A program made the position numbers and the translations under genes. From NCBI GenBank assembly GCA_963834385.1, contig CAWIBO010000002.1, positions 1,056,001 through 1,120,000 of the forward strand: a stretch of DNA of 64,000 bases, in the 5' to 3' direction. Origin of the DNA: an uncultured Verrucomicrobiae bacterium. Its GTDB lineage: Bacteria; Verrucomicrobiota; Verrucomicrobiia; Chthoniobacterales; UBA10450. Shown here one piece after another: positions 31,713 to 41,004 of the stretch (the first letter of the stretch is position 1; each line of letters starts with the position of its first letter). Under the pieces are notes generated by a model that saw only the letters and a program-made list of their open reading frames with translations, did not search any database and was not told where the DNA came from.

Positions 31713-32477
31713 ATGAACGCCTGCATGCTGCGCTTGTGGATTCCTTTTCTCCTTCTTTCCGCCCTGGTGGCCCCCGCGGCGGAGGCGCAGACGCGCCCGG
31801 CTCTTCTCGGCAGCGGACCGACTTCGCTGATCGACATGGTGGACACCCAAAAGATCGCTGCGGCCGGAATGAAGGATGGCCTGGTCATGTTCACGGTCTT
31901 CGTGACCTCGAGCGGGGTGCCGAAGTCGCCCGCCACCTTCCGGGAATCAAAGGGATCCAAGCCGCTCGTGGCCGAGCTGCGACGCTGCCTCGAGCGCTGC
32001 CGTTTTGTTCCGGCGACCTACAAGGGGACACCGGTGCCGACGCAGTACTTCGGGACCGCTCTTATCTTCACGGCCGGTGGCAAGCCGCGGCTGCGCATTT
32101 TCTCGAACAACAACCTCGAAGACGTGAAGAGCCAGGCTGATTTTATCGCGCCGCAACTCATCCTGGGCACCAGCGACTGGAACACAGCCAAGCACATGAT
32201 GGAGAGCGCCCGGACCATCCTGCGCAGCGGCACCTGCGAAGTGGCGATCACGGTGGACACGGAAGGCTTCGTCAAGGGGATCAAAGTCCTGAACGAGAAT
32301 CCTTCCGGTTACCGCTTCGGCGAAGCCACGGTGAAGGAGATGGAGAAGGCGCGCTTTATTCCCGGGTTCCGCAATGGGCGACCGGTCAACAGCACCTTCG
32401 TTTACACCCAGCTCCTGCGCGCCTCGGTGGTGGAATTCGAGCAGCCGATGCACGGCTCGCTGCTGCCGCCGCGCTAG
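31713..32477 (+). CDS. Secreted TonB-C-terminal-like domain protein
   Basis: Signal peptide; two TonB_C-like halves ending RFVPATYKGTPV and RFIPGFRNGRPV; no Pro-rich linker. Confidence 0.65.
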   Translation: MNACMLRLWIPFLLLSALVAPAAEAQTRPALLGSGPTSLIDMVDTQKIAAAGMKDGLVMFTVFVTSSGVPKSPATFRESKGSKPLVAELRRCLERCRFVPATYKGTPVPTQYFGTALIFTAGGKPRLRIFSNNNLEDVKSQADFIAPQLILGTSDWNTAKHMMESARTILRSGTCEVAITVDTEGFVKGIKVLNENPSGYRFGEATVKEMEKARFIPGFRNGRPVNSTFVYTQLLRASVVEFEQPMHGSLLPPR

Positions 32478-32499
32478 CGACGGCCCGCCCGGGATTGCC

Positions 32500-33183
32500 T
32501 TACTGCCGCGTCGTGACCGAGAGCGGCTCGGCCGTCTCCAGGTTTTTTACCACGGTGCTGAGGTAGACGGATTCCGGGTAGAGGGTCTTGTACTTGGTGA
32601 TCTCGGCCCGGTTCATGACCTTGAAGCCGTAACGCTCGAACATCCGCTCGCCTCGCCGACTCTCGAAGGTGACGATCTGGCCGTAGACCTGTTTCTCGCC
32701 GCAGCGATAAAGGTAGGAAAGAAAGTCGCTCATGAGCGCGCGGGTTGTTTCCATCTTCCGCGCGTCTGGCAGCAGGTTGATGTGAAAATGCGGGGTGCGC
32801 CTGGGCGCGGCCGGGACCTCGCGCCAGCCGTTCATCACGATCCAGCGGATGAACCGCCGCGAACGCTCGCTGTAGCGGGGAAACCTGAGCAGGGCCCGCA
32901 GCGTCAGGCAGACGTTCTGATAAAAGGAATAGAGCTGGTTCAGGAACGGTTTACGGCAGCCGAGCAGGTAGCCGCGCAGGTCGCCTTCCTTCTCGATGAC
33001 AAAGGAGGATTCGGGCTCGTGGTCGGTGTAATAGGTCGTGAGGAAATCGGCAAAGAGTTCCCGGTCCTCGTAAACGGGGTCGATCGGTTCCCCGAGAAAC
33101 CCGGTCTCGCAGCAAAGACGCCGGACCGCTTCCCGGTCGGAAGCGCGGTAGGGACGGATGATAAACGGATGCTCGGACTTCAA
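32500..33183 (-). CDS. GNAT family acetyltransferase
   Basis: IIRPYRASDREAV, GYLLG, HFHINLLPDAR, FERYGF. Confidence 0.8.
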   Translation of the reverse strand: MKSEHPFIIRPYRASDREAVRRLCCETGFLGEPIDPVYEDRELFADFLTTYYTDHEPESSFVIEKEGDLRGYLLGCRKPFLNQLYSFYQNVCLTLRALLRFPRYSERSRRFIRWIVMNGWREVPAAPRRTPHFHINLLPDARKMETTRALMSDFLSYLYRCGEKQVYGQIVTFESRRGERMFERYGFKVMNRAEITKYKTLYPESVYLSTVVKNLETAEPLSVTTRQ

Positions 33184-33194
33184 TCTTACCCCTT

Positions 33195-34358
33195 CTACCT
33201 CCCGCAGACCTCCCGGTAAACGGAAAACAAGCGCTCAAAGACAACCGGCCAGGCATAGCGATGCCCCACGCGGTCGGCCGCGGCCCGTCCCAGGGCGGGC
33301 AAATCCTGTTCCGCGATCCGGGCCACCGCCTCGGCCAGGTCCGCCGGGGTGTTGGCGGAAGCCCATGCCTCCTGTTCGTGGAGGATGATCCGATCCATGT
33401 AGCTGCCCCGAATCCCAACCACCGGCGTTCCGCAGGCCTGGCTTTCGAGCGTGACCAATCCGAACGTTTCCTGGATCCCGGGATGAACGAAGAGGTCAGC
33501 CGCGCGATAAAACTGCGCGAGCTCGGCGGAATCCCGGCTGTAGGGCACCCAGGTGATGGCTGCGCCGGCAGCAAGACGACGCCGAAGACGGTCGCGCTGC
33601 GCGCCCTCGCCCACCACGAGGAGATGGAAACGCCCGGGCGACCGTTCCGCGAGGAGATCAAAAGCCTCCAGCAGGGTCTGGAAGTTTTTTTCCGGGGCAA
33701 GCCGGCCAACATAGAGAAGAAGCAGACGGTCCGGCGGCACGGCCAGGCGCGCCCGCGTGGTTTCGGCATCATCCGGGCCGGGTTTAAAGAGACGGGTGTT
33801 CACCCCGAGATCGACTTCACGCACATTACGAACCCCCCACTGCGTGAGAAGGCGGGCCAGCGGCTCCGCGGGCACCAGGGTGGCGGCGAAGTGGTTGTAA
33901 AGCCGGACGACGTAACGGCGCGCGTGGTCCATGGCGAACTCGGTCGCGGTGCGCCCGAAAAATCTGGCGATGCGGCGCAGGTAGGCCTCGGGAAAATGGG
34001 AATGGTAGAACCCGATCACCGGGATGCGCAGGGCGCGCCCGGAGGCGATGGCCTTCCACGCGGTCTGGTAGGGATCGCCCACCTCGATCACGTCGGGGCG
34101 TTCGCGCTCGAAGACGCGTTCGACCGCCTGGAGGTTGAGCAGGGCGCGGTAACGCGACGTTCTCGAAATCAGCGGCGAATGGATTCGATAGATCCGTGAA
34201 CGCCCTTCCGTCGTCGTCTCCGTCCGTGCATCCGGGACAATCAGGACATGCTCGTCGCCGGGCCGGGCCTCCTGCAAATAGGCAATCTTCTCCTGCACAT
34301 AGCGTTTCACCCCGCCGCTCAGGGGCGAGTAAAACTGCGTCAGGTCGCAGATCTTCAA
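33195..34358 (-). CDS. Glycosyltransferase family 4 (GT-B)
   Basis: SGGVKRY, YVGRLAPEKN, ETFGLVTLESQACGTPVV. Confidence 0.92.
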   Translation of the reverse strand: MKICDLTQFYSPLSGGVKRYVQEKIAYLQEARPGDEHVLIVPDARTETTTEGRSRIYRIHSPLISRTSRYRALLNLQAVERVFERERPDVIEVGDPYQTAWKAIASGRALRIPVIGFYHSHFPEAYLRRIARFFGRTATEFAMDHARRYVVRLYNHFAATLVPAEPLARLLTQWGVRNVREVDLGVNTRLFKPGPDDAETTRARLAVPPDRLLLLYVGRLAPEKNFQTLLEAFDLLAERSPGRFHLLVVGEGAQRDRLRRRLAAGAAITWVPYSRDSAELAQFYRAADLFVHPGIQETFGLVTLESQACGTPVVGIRGSYMDRIILHEQEAWASANTPADLAEAVARIAEQDLPALGRAAADRVGHRYAWPVVFERLFSVYREVCGR

Positions 34359-34368
34359 GGCGTGGGCG

Positions 34369-35295
34369 TCAGGTCCCGGCGAGGCTGCTCAGGTAGCGTT
34401 CCGCCTCCATGGCGGCGGCGCAGCCCGAGCCCGCGGCCGTGATGGCCTGGCGGTATTCGCGGTCGGCCACGTCACCGGCAATGAACACCCCGGGGTGCTT
34501 GCTTCGGACAAGGTGTTTCGCGATGAGATAACCGTCCGGGTCGGTCTCGAGTTTCCCGCGATAAGCTTTCGTGTTCGGGTCATGCCCGATGGCGACAAAA
34601 ACGCAGGCGATCGGAAGTTCCCGTTCCTCATTGGTCTCGATGTCGCGCAGCATGACCGCGCGCATCTCGCCTTTCTCATCGGGGAGATACTTCGTCACCA
34701 CGGTGTTCCAGATCGGCTCGATCTTTTCGTGCGCCAGGACGCGCTCCGCCATGATGGGCGAGGCGCGCAGTTTATCCCGCCGGTGGATCAGGTAAACTTT
34801 CGAGGCAAATCGGGTCAAAAAGAGGGCCTCCTCGGCCGCGGAATCGCCGCCGCCGATCACGCAGACCGGCACATTCCGATAAAAGGCGCCGTCACAAGTG
34901 GCGCACGAGGTGAGGCCGTGCCCGATCAACTTCTGCTCGTGCTCGAGCCCGAGCCAGCGGGCGGAGGCGCCGCTGGCGATGATGAGCGCCTCCGTTTCCA
35001 CCCAGTCGTCATCGATCTTCAAGCGCAGGACCGGCGAAGAAGCGTCGAAATCCGTGGCCTCGGCATAAGAGAAGCGCGTGCCGAACTTCTCCGCCTGCGC
35101 ATGCATGTTCATGATCAGCTGTGGACCCTCGATCCCCTCGGGGAAGCCGGGAAAATTCTCGACCAGGGTGGTCGTGGAAAGCTGGCCACCGGGCTGGCTT
35201 CCCTCCAGGACAAGCGGCTTGAGATTGGCGCGTGCGGCGTAAATGGCAGCGGTCAGGCCGGCGCAGCCGCTCCCGACAATGATGACTTTTTCCAT
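34369..35295 (-). CDS. trxB: Thioredoxin reductase
   Basis: GSGCAG, CATCDG, GGGDSAAEEA, AGDVADREYRQAITAAG. Confidence 0.98.
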   Translation of the reverse strand: MEKVIIVGSGCAGLTAAIYAARANLKPLVLEGSQPGGQLSTTTLVENFPGFPEGIEGPQLIMNMHAQAEKFGTRFSYAEATDFDASSPVLRLKIDDDWVETEALIIASGASARWLGLEHEQKLIGHGLTSCATCDGAFYRNVPVCVIGGGDSAAEEALFLTRFASKVYLIHRRDKLRASPIMAERVLAHEKIEPIWNTVVTKYLPDEKGEMRAVMLRDIETNEERELPIACVFVAIGHDPNTKAYRGKLETDPDGYLIAKHLVRSKHPGVFIAGDVADREYRQAITAAGSGCAAAMEAERYLSSLAGT

Positions 35296-35399
35296 GGGAC
35301 GGGCGGGACATTAGCACGAGGCGCGGGCTTCGTCGCGCGAGGCCCGGGCCCGCAAAATTCCGCAGCCTGGCGCGCATTTCCGACGTAAGGGAGAGCACC

Positions 35400-36236
35400 A
35401 TGCCGGAACTCGCCGAAGTGGAATGGTATCGCCGCCAATGGGATCCGGGCCTCGGTCAAACCGTGCGCCGGGTCGCATTGCATCGGAAAAAGCGGATCTT
35501 TCGCGGCACCGACACCGACGCGCTGGAAGAGCACCTGGCCGGCGCGCGTTTTCTCGCGTCCTCGGCCCGCGGCAAACGGATGCTTTTCGAGTTCAGCGGC
35601 CGCAACTGGCTCGGCCTGCACCTTGGCATGAGCGGGAAGCTGCGGACGGAGCCATCCGATTTCACACCGGAGAAACACGATCATCTCGTCCTGCAGTTCA
35701 GGAAGGTCGCCCTGGTTTTCCGCGATGCCCGGCTCTTCGGCCGCGTCCAATTTCATCACGGCCAGGAAGCGCCGCCGTGGTGGCCGGTGAGCGTGCCCGA
35801 AATCGGTTCGCGACAGTTTCGCCGCCCCTTCTTCGACGGTTTCCTGACGAGGCACGCCCGCGCCCCGATCAAGGCTGTGCTCCTGCGTCAGGAGGGATTC
35901 TCGGGGGTCGGAAACTGGATGGCCGACGAGATTCTGTGGCGTGCCGGGCTTTTCCCGGGAAGACCGTCCGGCAGTCTTCGCCCGGACGAACGGGCCCGGC
36001 TCTTTCGCGAAACCCGGTTTGTCGCCCGGGAAGCGCTGCGCACCATCGGCCGCAGCTTTGCCGATCCGCCCGCCACCTGGCTGATTCATCAACGCTGGAA
36101 ACCGGGGGGCCTCTGTCCAAAACACGGAACAACTCTGGCGCGAAGCACTATCGGGGGACGAACCACAGCCTGGTGTCCGCGGTGCCAGCCGCAACGCGCG
36201 CTCAGCGCTCGAGCGCGACGCGAAAAAGTGTCGTGA
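35400..36236 (+). CDS. mutM: Fpg/Nei family DNA glycosylase/AP lyase
   Basis: N-terminal MPELAEVE, HLGMSG, DARLFG, H2TH GVGNWMADE, C-terminal CPKH…CPRCQ finger. Confidence 0.9.
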   Translation: MPELAEVEWYRRQWDPGLGQTVRRVALHRKKRIFRGTDTDALEEHLAGARFLASSARGKRMLFEFSGRNWLGLHLGMSGKLRTEPSDFTPEKHDHLVLQFRKVALVFRDARLFGRVQFHHGQEAPPWWPVSVPEIGSRQFRRPFFDGFLTRHARAPIKAVLLRQEGFSGVGNWMADEILWRAGLFPGRPSGSLRPDERARLFRETRFVAREALRTIGRSFADPPATWLIHQRWKPGGLCPKHGTTLARSTIGGRTTAWCPRCQPQRALSARARREKVS

Positions 36237-36891
36237 TGATGCGGACGCCGGCGACGAGCGTGCCGCGCAGAGTGCCGGAAACCTTGGAAACGCCACCGGT
36301 CCGGCGGCGGTGATCCACCGGCACCTCGAGGATGCGGAGGCCGAGCCGGGCCGCGCGCATCTGCATCTCGATGTTCCAACCGAAATTCGGCTCGCGCATT
36401 TCCAATCGCCGCAGGGCCGGAAGGCTGATGGCGCGGAAGGGTCCCATGTCCGTGTAGCGGACGCCGGTGGTCAGCCGCATGAGAAACCCGGCAAAATAGC
36501 CGGCAAAGATCTGCTGGAAGTTCATGCTGCCTTTTTCGCGCCGGCCGCGGGTGCGCGAGCCGATGACAAAATCTTCGCGGTCATCGGCAATGGGTTGCAC
36601 CAGCCGGTCCATCTGCTCGGGACAATCGCTGCCGTCGCCATCGAGGAAGACCACAATCCCGGTTTCGGGCGGAAGAGCCGCGAGGCCGGCGAGGCAGGCC
36701 CGGCCGTAGCCACGCCGCGGCTCCGTGACGACGCGCGCTCCGGCTTCCCGGGCGCGAACGGCCGTTTCGTCGGTGCTGCCGTTGTCCGCCACAATGACCT
36801 CCAAAGGGATGCGGGTGGCGAGACAGGCGCGGACGACATCGCTGATCGGCTCCTGCTCGTTCAGCGCGGGAATGATCACGACCGTGTTCAT
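36202..36891 (-). CDS. Glycosyltransferase family 2
   Basis: IIPALNE, DNGSTD, RGYGRAC, FLDGDGSD, YTDMGPFRAI; ATG overlaps the mgtE stop. Confidence 0.92.
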   Translation of the reverse strand: MNTVVIIPALNEQEPISDVVRACLATRIPLEVIVADNGSTDETAVRAREAGARVVTEPRRGYGRACLAGLAALPPETGIVVFLDGDGSDCPEQMDRLVQPIADDREDFVIGSRTRGRREKGSMNFQQIFAGYFAGFLMRLTTGVRYTDMGPFRAISLPALRRLEMREPNFGWNIEMQMRAARLGLRILEVPVDHRRRTGGVSKVSGTLRGTLVAGVRIITTLFRVALER

Positions 36892-37868
36892 CGCAGGACG
36901 AGGGCGGCAATCCCGAAATAGAGCGCGAGGGCGACGATATCGGTAAGGGCGAGGGTGAGGGGCCCGGCCGAAATCTTCGGATCGAGTTTCCAGCGGTGGA
37001 GAAGCGAGGGAACGCCGAGACCGAAGAGACAGGCGACGATCAGCGAGAGGAGGATGCTGCTGCCGATGGCAAAGGCGGCGGCCGGCTGCTGTTTCCAGGC
37101 GATGATGACCAGCGCGACGATAAGGCCGCAGGCCGAACCGAGGAGAATCGCGGTGCTGACCTCCCGGCGGAACGCGCCCATGAACCATTCCCGGCTCACC
37201 CTCTGGGCCCGCAGCGCCTGGATGGTAAGGGTCATGGATTGCATGCTCACGCTTTCGTTAAGCCCGAGAAACAGGGTCAGAAAAAAGGCGATGATCAGGC
37301 TCCCGGCGAGGGTGGCCTCGAACAATCCGGCCAGCATCGCGCAAAACGTCCCGGCGGTGATGGTGACGAGAAGCCACGGGAGACGCAGCCGAAAGCGTTT
37401 CCAGGCCGAGGCGCCCCGCATTTCGCCCAAACGAAAACCAAGCGTCTCGAAAACCGCGCTTTGCGCCTCGGATTCCTCCGCCTCGAGCATCTCGGTGGTG
37501 AACAGGTTCACGTCGACCACGCCGACGACGCGCTGGTTCTCGTCCACCACCGGAAAGGCGAGAAATTTGTAGAGCACGAAAAATTCGCAGGCCTCGAGCA
37601 CACTGGCCCGCGCCGGGACGGCCACCACCCGTGGAATCATGATTTCCCGCACCAGCTTGTCCAGCGGCGCGGTCAGGAGGCGCCGGGTCGGGAGCACGCC
37701 CGCCAGCTTTTCCTCGTCATCGACCGCATAGAAATAAATGACCCGTTCGCCCACGCCTTCCGTGCGGATGCGATCGAGCGCCGCCTGCACGGTCATGCCG
37801 GTGTCGAGCAAGGGGAAATCCTTGCGCGCGTGGGTCACGACCGGCTCGTGAAAATTGAGCGGCGTCAT
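36888..37868 (-). CDS. mgtE: MgtE-type magnesium transporter (CBS pair + MgtE membrane domain)
   Basis: IYFYAVD CBS pair, RLPWLLV, LDPKISAGPLTLALTD. Confidence 0.85.
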   Translation of the reverse strand: MTPLNFHEPVVTHARKDFPLLDTGMTVQAALDRIRTEGVGERVIYFYAVDDEEKLAGVLPTRRLLTAPLDKLVREIMIPRVVAVPARASVLEACEFFVLYKFLAFPVVDENQRVVGVVDVNLFTTEMLEAEESEAQSAVFETLGFRLGEMRGASAWKRFRLRLPWLLVTITAGTFCAMLAGLFEATLAGSLIIAFFLTLFLGLNESVSMQSMTLTIQALRAQRVSREWFMGAFRREVSTAILLGSACGLIVALVIIAWKQQPAAAFAIGSSILLSLIVACLFGLGVPSLLHRWKLDPKISAGPLTLALTDIVALALYFGIAALVLR

Positions 37869-39004
37869 GAGGCCGGGACCGCGGCGGCGCGGTGGACGAT
37901 TCCCTTTTTACGGAGGATATCAGCGGCTTCCGTGAAATAATCGCGCACATCGCCCTGCGATCGAATCCAGGAGAGATAACGCTCAATGCCCTCGCTCAGA
38001 TCGACCTGTGGCGTGTAGCCCGCCGCGCGAATCCGGTCCGTTCCACTGGTGAGATGACGCATTTCGCCGGGGCGAAACTCGCCGTTCACCTCCGGCGCGA
38101 TATCGATGCCCAGCGCGGCGGAGATCAGCCGGGCGACTTCGCGAATGGTCACGCCGCGGCCGCTGCCGACATTAACCGGGAGGCCATCGAGCCGGTCGGT
38201 GCTGGCGGCGAGGAGATTGGCGCGCGCGATATCTTCCACGTAGGAAAAATCGCGGGTTTGCCCGCCGTCCTCGTACAAGACCGGCGGCAGGTTGTTCAGG
38301 AGCCGCGTGCAGAAGATGGCAATCACGCCGGTGTAAGGATTGAAGATCGACTGGCGCGGACCGTAGGTGCAGGAGTAGCGGAGCGCGACGGTGGGAATCC
38401 CGACCTGCCGGCCCCAGAGCAGGACCAGTTTTTCCTGGTCGACCTTGGTCAGGCCGTAAACCGTCTCGCCGCCGGTCGGCGCTTCCTCCGGCGTGGGGAC
38501 GCTTTCGGTGGCGCGTCCACAGTGCGGGCAAGGGACGCTCCAGTCGCCGGTGCGCAGTTGTTCGACAGGACGCACCGGTGGAAAAACGAGGCCATGTTCG
38601 GGGCACCGTCCGGCGCCCTCGGCGTATACAGCCTGCGAACTGGCGACCACCACCTTGCGCACCGGGAGATTCTCGTCGCGAATGATCTCGAGCAGGAGCG
38701 CGGTCCCGAAAGAGTTCACGTGGACATATTTCGAGATGTCCGGCATGTAACCGCCGTAGGCCGCCTGATGGAAGACAACATCGATGTCGCGTAGCGCCTG
38801 CGTGAGGGCGGCACGATCGCGCATGTCCCCCTGGCTGAACTCGGCCTTCGGGTTGATCCAGGCCGGACAACCCTGCCGGTGCGTGTTGGGCTCAAGGTTA
38901 TCGAGCACCCGCACCTGCCAGCCTTCGCGGACGAGGAGGTCAGTAAGGTGCGAGCCAATCAGGCCCGCGCCGCCCGTGACCAGCGCCCGTTTTAACTTTT
39001 GCAC
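37865..39004 (-). CDS. NAD-dependent epimerase/dehydratase (extended SDR)
   Basis: VTGGAGLIGSH, YGLTK, YGPRQS, DGGQTRDF; start approximate. Confidence 0.92.
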   Translation of the reverse strand: MQKLKRALVTGGAGLIGSHLTDLLVREGWQVRVLDNLEPNTHRQGCPAWINPKAEFSQGDMRDRAALTQALRDIDVVFHQAAYGGYMPDISKYVHVNSFGTALLLEIIRDENLPVRKVVVASSQAVYAEGAGRCPEHGLVFPPVRPVEQLRTGDWSVPCPHCGRATESVPTPEEAPTGGETVYGLTKVDQEKLVLLWGRQVGIPTVALRYSCTYGPRQSIFNPYTGVIAIFCTRLLNNLPPVLYEDGGQTRDFSYVEDIARANLLAASTDRLDGLPVNVGSGRGVTIREVARLISAALGIDIAPEVNGEFRPGEMRHLTSGTDRIRAAGYTPQVDLSEGIERYLSWIRSQGDVRDYFTEAADILRKKGIVHRAAAVPAS

Positions 39005-39068
39005 CCTCTTTTGTAGCGGCGGCGGCCGGTTGTCGCAATGCCCGGCGCCCGGGGGATGCGGAGATGAG

Positions 39069-39096
39069 GATGGAAGATCGAGGATGGAGAATGGCG
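39069..39096 (+). repeat. Degenerate heptamer tandem repeat
   Basis: GATGGAA GATCGAG GATGGAG AATGGCG. Confidence 0.55.
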
Positions 39097-39263
39097 AGCA
39101 CGCCATGCGCTTGGGAACAGCGGTCAGCCTTGCGGTCTGGATCCAAGATGGCTAGAACACTTTCCATTCGCTCTCTGCGCCACCCCGCCCGTTCTCGCCC
39201 TTTGTTCTCGTCAGGCCGCACCGACCGTTCATGGGAGCTGAAAATCCGCACCTCGGTGTGAAG

Positions 39264-40043
39264 ATGATCCGACAACGCGTTATTGAGCAGCTTAGGCAAC
39301 AACAATGGCTCGCCGTCGGGATCGAGCTGCTGATTGTGATCGGGGGTGTCTTTATCGGCCTGCAGGCTTCCAACTGGAACCAGGATCGAGCAAGCGCGCG
39401 GCAGGGCGCGATTTTCGCCGAGCGCCTGAAGGGCGACCTGCGTCATGAGGACTGGGTTTACCAACTCCTGATCAGTTACAGTCGTCAGGTCCTGAAAAGC
39501 GCGGACGAGGCCGTAGGCGCGCTGGAGGGCAAAACATCGCTCTCGGACGAAGCCCTGCTGGTGAGCGCATATCGCGCCACGCAATACAAGCAACCGCTCC
39601 GTCGCCGTTCGACTTACGATGAGTTGATTTCCACGGGTACGATAGGCTTCATTCTGGATGAGAAGCTGCGCGACACGGCGATGCGCGCCTACAATCTGAC
39701 GACGATTGATAATATGGGGCGTGAGGGCCTATCCCGCTACCGCGAAGCTTTCCGGATGGCTTTGCCCAACGAAGTGCAGCGTGCGCTGGCAAAGAACTGC
39801 GGCGACCAATATATCGCGCCGGGAGACTACGGAGCCATTCCCAGCGTCCTCGATTATCCCTGCCGGCCCGAGCTAAGCGCGCAGGCCATCAGCGAATCCG
39901 CGCAGACGATCCGGTCCACTCCCACTCTCCTGCCGCTGCTCCGGCTGCGCATCGCCGATATGGAGACACGCATCGGCGATCTGACCAAAAACAATCGGAC
40001 CATTATGGATGACCTGCGTGCGCTGGCCAAGAAGAAGCAGTGA
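39264..40043 (+). CDS. Hypothetical protein with one N-terminal TM helix
   Basis: QWLAVGIELLIVIGGVFIGLQASNWNQ followed by a helical domain with STYDELISTG. Confidence 0.75.
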   Translation: MIRQRVIEQLRQQQWLAVGIELLIVIGGVFIGLQASNWNQDRASARQGAIFAERLKGDLRHEDWVYQLLISYSRQVLKSADEAVGALEGKTSLSDEALLVSAYRATQYKQPLRRRSTYDELISTGTIGFILDEKLRDTAMRAYNLTTIDNMGREGLSRYREAFRMALPNEVQRALAKNCGDQYIAPGDYGAIPSVLDYPCRPELSAQAISESAQTIRSTPTLLPLLRLRIADMETRIGDLTKNNRTIMDDLRALAKKKQ

Positions 40044-40090
40044 ACGCTCACACCCGTCCGCGGTCCCGAGGGACTGGATTTAGGCTGTGG

Positions 40091-40864
40091 TCAAGCGGGC
40101 CGGGCCCGGAGACCAAGCGCCGGCAACCGCTCCAGGAACCGGCGCGTCTCGGGCGCGGGAAAGCCCGCATTTTCGGAACAGGCAAAGTCGTCAATCAACC
40201 GGCGCAGGGTCGAATGATCGTCCACGTCGAACCAGGTCGGGAGCCGGTGGACGCGCAGGGAAAGCGCGGCGGCGCGTTGCACCGTCTGGGCCGTGACGGA
40301 TTCGGTGCTCCAATCGATCCCCTGAAAAAGGCCGGGGGAGGAACGCGACATCCCGACCAGGTAATAACCGCCGTCGTCAGACGGCCCGAGCACCACCTCC
40401 GCCGGATCACCACTTCTGAGCACGGTGACCGCTTCGCGATAGGCCGCCACGGGGACAGTGGGGCTGTCTGAATCAATCAGGCAGACGCTGGCAAAACCGA
40501 CGGAGAAAAGATCCTCCACCGCGTGAGTGAGCCGCTCCCCGAAATCGTCGCCGCGTTGCGGAAGGAGCAGGAAATCGGGCGGCAGGATCCCGGCGTAATC
40601 GCCTTCCGCGCCGGCCGGCGTATAGACCCCGACGCCCTGCGCGCAGCGACGTTCCTCCGCGAACGAGGCCCCGTGCAAAGCGGCCGCGGTATCGCGCAGA
40701 AAACAAATATTGAGGGCGGCGGCTTCCTCCCCGGTGAGCGGCGGCTGCAGGCGTGTCTTGACCGTTCCGGCGCGGGGCGCCTTGGTCATGATGGCCAGCG
40801 CACACAGTCCGGGCGTCACTTGGCTGGGACGACCCGGTTCCAGCAGGCGATGCGTCACAGTCAT
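40091..40864 (-). CDS. TIGR04282/DUF2064 family glycosyltransferase-like protein
   Basis: IMTKAPRAGTVKTRL, QRGDDFGERL, IDSDSPT, LGPSDDGGYYLVG, WFDVDD. Confidence 0.9.
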   Translation of the reverse strand: MTVTHRLLEPGRPSQVTPGLCALAIMTKAPRAGTVKTRLQPPLTGEEAAALNICFLRDTAAALHGASFAEERRCAQGVGVYTPAGAEGDYAGILPPDFLLLPQRGDDFGERLTHAVEDLFSVGFASVCLIDSDSPTVPVAAYREAVTVLRSGDPAEVVLGPSDDGGYYLVGMSRSSPGLFQGIDWSTESVTAQTVQRAAALSLRVHRLPTWFDVDDHSTLRRLIDDFACSENAGFPAPETRRFLERLPALGLRARPA

Positions 40865-40897
40865 GCGCCTGCTCTCTGGGCCGGGCGCGAGAAGGCG

Positions 40898-41004
40898 TCA
40901 ACGCTTTTCGCAAACCGCATATTGGTAGCGCCCTCGTCTCCATCCCTGGTTCGCCGCCACCCCTGGGTGGGGATGTCGGATCTTTCAGGCGCGGGACCGA
41001 CGCG
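40898..41004 (-). pseudogene. Relic 3' end of a methyltransferase, paralogous to 42839..43555
   Basis: Reads TQGW…WRRGRYQYAVCEKR* with an indel, versus TQPW…WKRGRYQYALCKKR* in the intact copy. Confidence 0.8.
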
